Assembly (NCBI GenBank): GCA_037447605.1
Contig: CM074806.1
Location: forward strand, 2,046,001-2,110,000
DNA: 64,000 nt
Source of the DNA: Zygnema circumcarinatum SAG 698-1b
Lineage: Eukaryota > Plantae > Zygnematophyceae
Direction of reading: 5' to 3'
The notes under the pieces were generated by a model. The model saw nothing but the letters and a program-made list of their open reading frames with translations. It was not told the origin of the DNA and did not search any database. The translations under genes were made by a program, and so were the position numbers. Positions 12,943-24,059 of the stretch are shown in pieces (within the stretch, counting starts at the first letter, position 1; each line of letters begins with the position of its first letter).

Positions 12943-13901
12943 AGCTTGCAACTTCTGCGATAGCTGTGTGACTTACAAAGTCTTTCAATATCCCCAAGCG
13001 CCAAGAAATACCTTAACTATCCACTTCGCGTGCCCTTGCAGGTGGTGCAAGCGGATGGAATTGATACAAAAAAATTGATAATCATGTTTTTGCCTGCGAC
13101 CTCCTTTCAACACCTCTCCCCCCCCTCCTCCTCTCCCTTATGCCAAAGGCATGTCGCCAACGCCAGTCTATGAAACGCCACGCCACGCCACGCCACGCCA
13201 CGGAATCAGCGCATCCTTCAGCCAGCCATCTTCTCTGCTGCCAAGCCTCTGTTCTGCATGTCACTTCATGGCCTCCCCACGGAGACTGTGCGCAGCTGAA
13301 CGACCCTTCCGGCAGCCTCAGTCATAGCCGTGCAGACGCCAACCTTGAAAAACTGATGGGCGGCGTGACCCCGGACTCTATCCTCTCTCCTGATGGTTAC
13401 GGTATATGCCAAGACAGAGTTCTATGCAAGAGGGGAAGGGGGGATGCAAGCAGCGAAGGGATGCACGCAAGGGAGGGGAAAGAGAACAGACGCGGCATTG
13501 AGGTTCTAGTTACCAGTTCCTCATGCTGATCTTGTCAATGTACATTTGATGGCCTTGCCATCGTGAGTTCAAACAAACATCTTTTACCTTCTGAAGGGAA
13601 GAGAAGGCATGAGTGGGCGTCGACCTCACAGTGGGCGATGCCCAGGAATGGGCCCATGGCCATGCCAGTCATGGTAGCATGCCCATGCTTCTCTGTTCTC
13701 ATGTCCCATCAAACTGTACGGTAAGGCACTGCTGTACTGTACTGTACTGTTACAGTACAGTACTGTAAATGTGTGGGGCATGGCATGAGGGTACGGTATG
13801 GTCGACGGATGGCATGCCTTCGTCAGGCCTGCCATGCGCACAGTACGGTCCGGTGTTCGATATTGTACGGTATTCGATATTTAACCCGCGGGTGTGCAAC
13901 A

Positions 13902-13911
13902 TTTAGGGTTT
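13902..13911 (-). promoter_or_regulatory. Telo-box (AAACCCTAAA) in the 5' region of the SR45a-like gene
   Basis: TTTAGGGTTT lies 68 bp upstream of the ATG at 13979. Telo-boxes are established promoter/5' UTR elements of plant RNA-processing and translation genes. Confidence 0.55.
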
Positions 13912-13978
13912 GGCCTTGACTTACGCCGGAGGCGGCTTACTCTTTAGCTTTCGGAGGGCGCTGTTTAGGGTGAGCGGC

Positions 13979-15567
13979 ATGGCGGACCTCGGCATTGATC
14001 TGGAGAGGCCAGCAACCGCAGATGTTGATGATGAGGCTGAGCGGGAGGAAGATATTGAGGATTTGGATACACAAGAAAAGGAGAGGCCCCAGGAGCATCT
14101 GAAAGACGCCGCTCCTGAAGTTGATGGAGCCGAGAAGGAGGCGGTCGAGGATCACGGAATGGAGACTGAAGGCCAAAAAGAGAACGGAAGTTCAATCAAA
14201 GAAGTAACAGATGCAAAGATTGAGGATGCAATAGTTGTTGGTGAGAAGGAGAAAGCCCATGGCGGTGGACACGAAGATGGCGATGGGAAGCAAGAGCAGC
14301 GAGAGGGCAAGAAGAGAGAGGAAAGAAGGAAGGATAAGGAGCCCGAGGACAGGCGTAAATATGATAAGGGTGGAGAGGAACGTCGCCGAGCTGACAGAGA
14401 GGAAGGGGACGGGAGGCGCAGCGACCGCGGTGTTAGAGAGAGAGATCGTGACAGATACGAGGAGAGGAGTGGGAAAAGGGGAGATGCAGACGATGATGTG
14501 CCACCTGGAGATCCGGAAGAGCTGGATGAACGGGATCGGCGGAAGGATGATCGTTCACCCCCTCGCAAGGAATACCGGGATCGTTCACGGAGCCCTGCGT
14601 ATAGGGATAGACGCTCATTCTCCCCAAGGTAGGTAATGAACTTGTCATGGTGTGTAGGTATTGCAATTTAATGATAACGTGCATGCTGAGTAGAAATAAA
14701 TTTGCGCACGGAAGAAGGAGAAGAAGAAGACGAAGAATAAGAAGAGATTAACATTTTTCATGCTTAGAAGGTGGTCGCTGGTGACTTCGTTTGCCAAGCT
14801 GAGGAATCCTTTAGTATTAACAGAGAAACTGACTCGTTTCTGCAGCAGTTGCAAAAACGAGCAACCCCGTGATGTAGTTTAGTGATATGCAGACTGCTGT
14901 CGGTGGCCCACTGGATTTACCAGTGGGCCCATTGGATATACCAGTATTTCTGAAGCATAATTTCAGGAGGGCACGCATATACAGATATTAAGAATTATTT
15001 TTGAAGATAATTTTCACGTGATGCCAGCAGATTGTTAGATGTTTGACTTATTTTCAAGTTTATGCATTATTTGCCTGCAGACGTGACGACCGTTATGACC
15101 GCAGTGATAGACACGATCGACATGACCGGAGGCGGTCTCCACCTCGAGATCGTTACAGGTCTCCTCCTCGTCGAGATCACGGCGCTCGTGGTCGGAAATG
15201 GTCACCTCCTCGCAATCGTCACAATGGAGTGGGCCGACCAGGGAACAACCTCTTCATTGCGGGGTTCAATTTTATAACTACGGAGAAGGATCTGGAACGA
15301 AAGTTTAGTCGTTATGGCCGCGTCTTGGATGTCCGCATCGTTCGGGATGCAAGGTAATGTCTTGCAGTATCACCGACACGGCGCTTTTCTATTGCATGAA
15401 CTTGAAGAAAGCTTTGAATTTCGTCTAGCAAGGTGTTGCGTCATGGGGCAAACTGTATGGCTTCCTCCACAGTGGAAGTCATTTGTGTACTTTTTTCCTC
15501 GGAATCTTGGCTACCTCACGTATTGACCGAGCCCCGATAGAAACATCACAGAGTTATGATGCGCAAG

Positions 15568-15608
<41 letters not shown>

Positions 15609-16097
15609 GAGCGAGAGAGAGAGAGTCACCATTTAACAACGGAATGTTGCTGTGAGGAACGTATAGAGCAGAAGAACGGGTTCTTCTTGAGGATGTGTGT
15701 TTTCATCCAATTGTACTCCTCCAGGGGCGGCAGTTAGCACCTTTCTTTTGGAGCCTAAGAAGATAATTCTGCTGAATTCTACATCGGAGTCCGAATTTCT
15801 TTCATGAGGTTGCTTATGGCGACCTTACAATGTTTAGCGAGTCCAAAGCAACTGAAGTATTATGTATGGAAGGTGTCACTTAGCAAGTGAGGCCTTCAAG
15901 CCATCAGGTACGGCAGCCCCTGATAGCTTGATTGTGGGCCTATCTGCTGCCTCAGGAGTGGGGAGTCTCGCGGTTTTGGCTTCCTCACCATGGAGCATGA
16001 CGAGGACGCTGATGATGCAATTCGGGCTCTTGATCAGACGGAGTGGCATGGTCGGACCGTGCTAGTTGAAAAGGCCAAGACTGACAGACGGCCGTAG
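13979..16097 (+). CDS. SR45a/TRA2-like RRM protein with acidic and Arg/Asp/Ser-rich N-terminus, isoform using terminal exon A (354 aa)
   Basis: Exons 13979-14628, 15081-15353 and 15956-16097 (both introns phase 2). The RRM reads PGNNLFIAGF (RNP2)...TTEKDLERKFSRYGRVLDVRIVRDAR|SGESRGFGFL (RNP1)...DDAIRALDQTEWHGRTVLVEKAK. RSPP/RSRSP repeats lie upstream. Confidence 0.9.
15570..15625 (+). repeat. (GA)n microsatellite in intron 2 of the SR45a-like gene
   Basis: About 28 GA units with two interruptions. Confidence 0.95.
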
Positions 16098-16424
16098 TTT
16101 CTTAGCAAGAACTTCATAGGTGACATGTCCGTAGCCACTCTTTGAGCGGCATTAATCAGCCTCAGAAAGGTTGTTGTCGACTTTTTGTGTTGTCTAAAAA
16201 GTTCTTTATGGATTATCCTCAATACGCGCCATTCAGTCATGACATGGCACTTTTAGGTTAGATACGTGAAATGGTTGTCATTCGGATACGCAGGAGAGGA
16301 TCTTGTCGTATCTGAGAATTGTTATACGGACACTGCACGGTAATTGTTGAAATGCAATTTAGGAAAAGGACTCATATGTTGATTGTGCTGACAGATAATC
16401 TATGGGAGATGTTGGTGGATGCAG

Positions 16425-16566
16425 GACAAGGGAGTCGCGCGGTTTTGGGTTTGTGGCGATGGACACGGATGCAGAAGCCGATGATGCCATAGACGCCTTG
16501 GACCAGACTGAATGGCATGGGCGGGTTGTCCTGGTGGAGAAAGCCAGAACAGGGGGTAGAACATAA
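16425..16566 (+). CDS. Alternative terminal exon B of the SR45a-like gene (paralogous second half of the RRM)
   Basis: Acceptor gatgcag|G in the same phase (2) and of the same length (142 nt) as exon A. It encodes TRESRGFGFVAMDTDAEADDAIDALDQTEWHGRVVLVEKARTGGRT*, 32/46 aa identical to exon A. Confidence 0.85.
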
Positions 16567-19500
16567 GCTGGAGATAGCAAAAGTTTTGTGTGATTTGGTC
16601 TCTCTGTCTGCACGACATTTTGGCATTTTCTCACTCAGTCGTAAACACTGGAATATGGGCAGGAGAATTATGTTGGACCACTTGCTGGAGGATGGCATTC
16701 CTTTCGATAAATAGTTGGTCCTGTCAGCTGAACCTGTGTTATTGCAAATTGGAGAAGGTGTGATCCAGGGGGAGGCAGGGAATGTCGTGGCAGGATAGCA
16801 AGGCGCCACGATTCAGCGCCACATGGCGTACTGACCACATCAGCTGCGCAGTATAGGAGCGCTGCCTTTGTTCCTTTCCTCGACACTCGATACTGGCTTG
16901 TGTGGAGATGTTGGATTTAAAGCCTTCTTTCAACACCTGCCTTCTGATAGGCAAGTGCAGGTCATGGCAGCTTTTGTAAGCGGGGTTCAGACTGTTCCTA
17001 GTAGGTAATCTTTCAACATAGTGATTGGTCTTGCATATTGTTTCAACTCAGCCAGGGTGTTTTTTTCTGCACGTATGGAATGTCTATCAAACGATCAGGA
17101 GAGGCTAAACCTGTGTCTCGCTGGTATGTGTCTTGATTTGATTGACAGCATTTTTGGCATTCAATGCAGATAACGTTGAGGCAGCAATTTGCTGATGTCA
17201 ATATGGGTCGCAGTGATTCTTGGGATAAGCCACAGGGTCTGTACATTGGACTTCTTTCTATGGGGCAAAGAGACCAAACTGGTTGGTGCACTTTTCTGTT
17301 CAGGTCTAAAGAACCATGTACCTTGAGAAATGTGCTCCTTTAGAACGTTCCAAGTGAAAGGGCTGGAGAATCTGTGCCTGCCAACGTTGGATTTGTTCCA
17401 GTTCCCTTTGCCTGTTCCATTCCGAAGTACGGACCTGTACGATGCAGTTCCAGTCGGGCTGAGCCTACGGAACCCGTTCGGAATCATGTACCTGTCATCC
17501 TCAAACTCACGTGTCATTCTGCAACAGGAAAGCACACCTCCCAAAATCATGTTGCTGCCCTTTGCAGGACGGTCTCCATACCGTCCTGTTCTGACTCCTT
17601 GTGCAGAGCCATTGCAGAAAGCCAGTCACTTGGTCTGTGAGCCATGCCTGGGTCGGTTTTGCAAAGAATGAGGGTTACCTATGCAAGGGCGGCTGTCTGT
17701 TTTCTTGAGAGTGGTGAAGAATGCGATCCTGTTCATACCCATTTGTTTGTCTACGAAACCGGGCTCTTGTTTTAGACCTTGTCATTTCAAAGATTAGCCT
17801 GATGACCTGAGCAGAGGTCTTTTTTGTTTGTCCTATTGAGAGGAACACCTGCAAATGGAGTACTAAACTGGAGTCTCGAAATCATGATTGTCTTGTCTTA
17901 GAAATTGGAAGGACTGGTCTTCTGAAACTGCAGAGGTACTTATGGGAAGAAGACGAACGTAGCACCGCCTTTCATAGAGCATGGCATATGTCTCATATAT
18001 CAATGGAGGTCTGCACGGAGTGTTCGTTGCAGTTCACTTGTTCTTGAATGCGTTCAGGCTGCACCGAGAGTGAGTCCTGGGCTCTGTTCAGATATTTTTA
18101 AAATAGCCTGCAAATCTTTACTGTCGAGCGAAGGGGAATTTTCAAGTGTCGCGCAGGGTCTACTTTTCTGTAGCACAAAAGAATAGGTATTTTTAACAAA
18201 AAATAGGGCTTGGTCTCTCACGTTCCTTAAGCATGTCCCCTCCTTGCTCAAGCCCCATCTATTGTCTTGCTGTTGTTCGGGCTGGTCGAGCTATCGAAGC
18301 TCTCACGTTGAACGAAGGTGATCATTTCCTTTGCCGGAAAATAGGAGACTTCATTAAACATTAAGGTTCTCGATCCATGTAAGGCAGTAGCTGTGCAAAA
18401 GACTGAATTATCGGCCATGATGCAGGGCAGGGTGGTTTGCAGCTTACGAACCCCTCACATCTTTGTTGGTTCTGAGTTGTAAATATATTGTCAATGTCGA
18501 CATTTTTGAGGTGCAGAGCAGGTTCACTCAGTGATGCTGAGTCAAGTCCACTCCTATTGCAACTGTTAATCTCTTTGCTGTTTGAGGTGATACGAATCTT
18601 CTATTGTTGTAGGTAAAGTTGCAACTGCAGAAAAGCTTGATTTAATCTACTCCACTTACACTGTCGCATACCACGTAACAAGGGTTGGAATAGTTTTGAT
18701 ATTAGGAGAACAATGCCTTGGGCAGGTTGCCAACTGCATGACACCTGGCATCAGTTATGTGTGCGAAGTCTAGTGTTTCGGTGGTGTATGGTATCGTCTC
18801 ACTTTTACCTTCTCTCTGGAAGATAATGCTGTGGTTTTCTGGAAATGTCTTGAAAAAAAGTTTAATGGTTCATAATGCCTTGATGAGCTGTAGTTAAACA
18901 TTCTTGCAATCGGAGGGGAGGCTGATTTACTTTCATCCCTCGCAAGTTTTTAAACCTCGTGAAATAATGTTTTTGAACATATCGTTCAAACACAGCCCTC
19001 TGCTGTGTGGAGCCGCTGGCTTGCAAGCGATCATCTGATTCTGACGGAAGGGGTCAAATGTCCATTTCCATTTCCTTCACATCCATTTCCTCGTCATTTC
19101 CTTCACGCTCCCGCGCGCTACGTTTGTCACGGACCGTCTGATGGCCTTCCGCCCCTCCCTCTGCGCCCACGTGGCCCACATCGGCGACCTCCGTGGGCTG
19201 CTTCAAGAGCCGTGTCCTTGACTCGGGCTTCCAAGCAGAGTTCCACTCATAGCTCTCCTCTTTCGTCTTTGGGTCCCGTTCGAGCGGTTTGGTTTCTCGT
19301 GGTTCCCCATGCTGGCTTTGCCTAGTCCCGTACATTCGATGGCGCATACAGTACGCCCGTCCCCCTGCCTGTGCGGGCCCCACACGCCACCGCGAGGACC
19401 TTCGCGGAAGAAACGCGCGCCCCCGCCGATCCGCCCTCCCACGTGCGTTTCCGTACGGTCTTTGTCGTGCTCCGCACTCCGCCCCCCCGCCGCGAACCGC

Positions 19501-20507
19501 GCCAGAAGCGGACCGCCCCCGCGGCGGCGCGCCGACACGAGCGCGCTACCACGTCAGCGGTCCCACGTGGGTTTTCCCCCCCGCCCCCCCCATCCAAATC
19601 TTCCCTCGCGCGGCCCCGCCACGCGTCGCGCGCGTCCTCGCCAGTCGTGCCAGCGCAGGTCCACGCGCGCCTCGCTGGCCGCCGCGTGCGCGATCCGAAG
19701 CCAACGGCCGCCGCCCGCCGCACGTGCCACCCGCGCGGATTCAAGTCCTCGCCAATGAAGGGCCGACGGCTGGAGGGGGCGGCCCGCTCCATCCAACGGG
19801 GGCGCGCCACGAGGCTCTGGCGGGGCGTGGCGGCGCGGACGAGGTAACCGTGACCGTGACCGTAACCGCGCGGCGGGCGGGCCCGTTCGGCCGACGGCGA
19901 GCTTTATCCCGACGCCGCCCCTCCTTGTTTTCGGAACACTCGTGGACGGCCACGATTCGAGGATTTTATCAATCGACGGCAGGTGTTGCCTCCACGCGGG
20001 CGCTTGTCCCTTTGCGTTCGAAGGTACGGCCGTCGGGACCGGCACGACGAGGATGCAATCCAAAAATCCGTACGGCTTCCACGTGGACCAGTGTCCGCGC
20101 GCGTCCCCGGAGGGATACCGTTCGACGGAGAGCAAGAGGGGGGCGTCCCCTGCGGAGCGAGATGAAAAGGCGGCTCGGCTCCAGAGAGCGGTCTGCAGAC
20201 TCGAGCCAGTTGTGCTGCTGCTTGCGCGCTCGTACAGGATTTCTGACGGCCGACTCGAGGAAGCAGACTGCAGCAGGGGGATAAGAAGCACACGGAAGGC
20301 GGCGCTGGCACATATTGTTGAATAGGGAGAGAGCGACACGAGGGGACAGAGACAAGAGCCTGCTGGATAGGGCCGGCTGGAGGAGTAGGTACGGAGAGAG
20401 AGGTGCCGAGGAGCGTGTTGTAGAGGGGGGCGGAGAGGCTCTGCAGGACAACGAGCTGTTGTTTTTGAAGCCAGCTCTGGGAGGGCCGGAGAAGGACAGA
20501 CTCTGAG

Positions 20508-22299
20508 ATGGAACCTATTCTGCCATCAGACCCTCGGACTGTCCTCATTGCAGTGGATGGTAGTGAAGGTGGGTGACATCATTGGAAGATTTGTTTAAGG
20601 GCAGAGATAAATTTTCCTTGCGTTAACTGATTGTGGGATAACCCATTCTAAGAGAGCAGCCTCCCGAGGGCAGGTCTACTTCTGATTTTGCACCGGCTTT
20701 TATTTAGTTCTTCTCTGTAAAATTGTCTTGTTGTCCGTGCTTGCTGATTCTGGTGAAGTAATTTCGATTTCTGGCATCGAAACTGATGCTTTTCTTCCAT
20801 TGCTTGCTTGTCATATGCAGGGTCCGACGTTGCCTTTGACTGGGCTTTAGCGAACTACTGCAAGCCCAAGGACATGGTGCAGTTGCTCCATGTGAGGCGG
20901 CCACTCGATGGTGAGCTCATGGGGCTGTTTTTTTTTTTTTCATGTGTGATTACTTTCCAGGTTCACCAGTCACTCGATGTGCGGACCCTTTCTCATCGAC
21001 CTTTCAGTAGTCGTGGCTTTTCCATAAGTGGCCATATCAGTAACCCCAAAGACATTATTCCTTAGCATATTTTAGTCCAGTGCTGCACTTTTCAAAATCT
21101 TTTCCTTGTAGCAATTGTTTCAAGGGAAAGAGTCTGTTGTTTCCCCCGGCTTAGCAGCACCTTTTCATGGAAAATACCAAATCAAGCTGTCTGAAGGTGT
21201 GCTTTGAAACAGAAACTGCCAGCCGCTGAAATTGCGGTAAGAGTTCTTAGTTCTACATTGTGTCAGACATATAGGAGCATAGTGTGAGGTTGGAACTCTG
21301 TCGGCTTGCAGTTTCTGATCGTTCTTGGAGTCTTTTCTTCGATGACGAGCTCCCACTCCCTTATTTCAGAGGTGAGGCTTTTTTCCCCTGCATCTGCACT
21401 GTTTCAGAACGAAGCAGTGCTGGAACTAGTCGCAATATCTGACAGTGTGCAATTGTGATGATGTGTAGACCTTGTGCGGTGGAAGTTGCCAAGTGAAGCT
21501 GTGTCCAAAATGGAGTTCCAGGCAGACATTGCCTGCAGAGGGATAATTAACGGGCACATGAAGAAGTGTGCTGACGCAAATGTAAGGTGCCTCCGTTACT
21601 GAGTGAGGCTTGATAATGCGTGTGCAGTTGCAGTGCCGTTCTCTTGCCAACGGTGAACTTATCATGGTGGGCACCATGTTTGCATGCGGAAGTATTCAGT
21701 CTCGTAGCATGCTCACAATTTCTTTTGTGGCGTCCCATTCCATCTTCAGTTGAATTGTGGATGGAAGATTGCTGAAGGAGACGAGAGGGAGGAAATCTGC
21801 AAAGAAGTATTAAGGGTTTGTGCAGATGTGCTCATCGTTGGCAGCCGGGGACTCAATGTCGTAAAGAGGTACCCTTTAAACCTTACTCTTGAATCCTCAC
21901 GTTTGTTTTCCTGCTTTTGTTACATTTAAGTTTATGGTTTGGGTTTTTTGTCATTGTCTTTCAGGGTTTGTCTCCTTCTCTAAACTTTCCTTGTGTTCAT
22001 ATGTTTCAGGGCTCTCCTTGGCTCGATCAGCGAATACTGTGCTCATCACTGGTGAGTGACACATCAACTCCAGTTGTTACTTCTCTTTCGTTTGAATGTG
22101 TGCAAGTCTCTCTTTGGAGTTTTCAAACGGGCCATTAGTGTTCAATAGTTTTTTGAGCTTATCTGGACGTGCCACTTATTCTTCTGTCTGTGTCCGTTTG
22201 CCATGCAGTGCGTGCCCTGTGATCATTGTGCGAGCAAAGGACGCGGCAGCAAAGGCGGGCAAATTCGTTTGCGATGACAGGTTAATGACTGCAAATTAA
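20508..22299 (+). CDS. Universal stress protein (UspA domain, ~171 aa)
   Basis: Exons 20508-20568, 20821-20910, 21469-21581, 21750-21868, 22010-22051 and 22209-22299. Motifs: TVLIAVDGS, AFDWAL, LLHV, GDEREEICKE, DVLIVGSRG..VKRALLGSISEYCAHHCACPVIIVR (ATP-binding G-2x-G-9x-G-S type). Confidence 0.92.
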
Positions 22300-24059
22300 G
22301 CCAACCTTGGAGCGGTTTCGGGGTAGTAGGGGTTTTTTAGGCGCATGCACAAAGGGGATAGTAGTACTAGTTGTTCAATCTAACCAAGCACTATCTCATG
22401 AAGTCAATCATAGCAATTTCAGCCGATCATGTACAGGATAGAGATAAGGAGGTTTTCAGTACTTTCTGCTCTGAGCATGAATCACGAATTCAGACACCTG
22501 AAGGGCGGAATGAAGAATTTCATAGACCTAGTGCTAGATACAGTAGGAGCAGCTCCCTCTCGGTTTTTTCTGTAGAATAAGCCTTCCATTTAGAGAGAGG
22601 AGAGCCGTATATACAGCAAGAGGCGGTATGCGGGGGAGAAATGTGAAGTTGCGGAGTACTGGAATCGCCTCCTGCTCGGGGTCTCATCATTTAGAATGCT
22701 TCTGGAGTAGCGAAGCTGAAATAATGGCCGTCATGACGGCAATCTCTGGCCGCCCTTCGCAGCTTTCGTCCCCGACGTGTGCTTCTAGGGAGGGAGCAGG
22801 CACGAAGAGCTCAGCTGCTCGCAGGCCATGCGAGGGACATGTTTCGCTCATGCTGTGACTCAATACATCACTCCAAGAGGGACTCTTGCAGTCTGAGAGC
22901 ACCTCCAACGTTGTTGGCTGATGATCGTTTCTTGTGGGGAAGGAGTGTTGGGCTGGCGGGAGTGAATGCATTCCTTTCGTACTGTGGCGAGGCGTGGCAT
23001 GGCAGGTTTATCCTGCTGTTGTAGATATGTATCGCTCCAATCCCGAGGGGCTTTTGTTGTAATGGCATCTTTCTGCTGTTGAGAATTCGTGACCGGGGTG
23101 TTGTCGTGGATGGGAGGCGCACATGCGGGAAGTCGAACCCTGCCATGGTGTGCAGAGCAGCTAGAGACGCTGGGCAGCCAGCGCTATTAAGACGTTCGCA
23201 GGAAGAAGCTATCGCTGTAGCTTCTTTGCGGATGACCATCATGCCGTGTCCTTCTGCGGTGGAATTGACGCTCTCGCTGGGATCCTTCCTGACCTCCTGT
23301 TCTATCTGCAGCTTCTCGTCGCTCGCCTTCTCGCTGTGACAACTTGTTTGCTTTTATGTTCGATGCACGTATAGAATGCAAAATCTTCGACGCCGTTGAT
23401 GGAAACGAAACTAGCAGCAAGCTATATTAAACTCCTGCGCGTATTCCGACCTGTTTGGAAGATAAATGATGAGGGGGAGTGCAGCTATGGCCTCAGATAT
23501 GCCTGCAAAAAAGATTTCGTCGCACCCTCTGCGTTCCTTCAAGAACATTCGTTTCTGAACGATCTGTCTACTCATCTCCAGGACTCGTCTATCTGAAGGA
23601 GTTTCTGATGTTGATGGTTTTCAACGTGAAAGTTTACTGCGTCGTAGCATTGCATCCGAGAGTACAGGAATGTGAGAGAAAGAGGAACAACCATTGAAGG
23701 TAGCATCTAACTGGACACCGTTCTTTCATATCCTTTCAAAAAAATCCCTATACACTGGTACAGTACGTGCGGGACAAGCGCTGCCAACATGCACTGTTGG
23801 CCAATCTCTTGAAACCAGCAGCGATTTGTTTTTGCTTTTTTTTTCTACTAAAGTAGCAACAAGAAGTTACTGTACACGTTTCTCAAACTATTTGTAGGAA
23901 TCCACTGCAGTGCGACCTGCAGTGGTTCACTCTCCTTCCTCAAAGGCCTCTCTACAGATCGCCTGAAAGCGCCAAAGCATTTTGAACCCCACGCGCTGAA
24001 CTGCAGGCGAGGAGGTTCGGCCGTCTCCCTCCCAAACCCTCCCCCGCATCCTCCGCGCT

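Noticed and set aside
16600-18950. ORFs of 65-129 aa (e.g. 17161-17550 -, 17330-17671 +)
   Set aside because: No recognisable motifs and no phase-consistent exon chain. The T-rich plus strand looks like extended 3' UTR or intronic sequence.
19289-20548. Several long overlapping ORFs (331, 261, 214 aa) on both strands
   Set aside because: Very GC-rich promoter/5' UTR sequence depleted of stop codons. The translations are Arg/Pro/Ala-rich with no domain, and alternative start codons are used.
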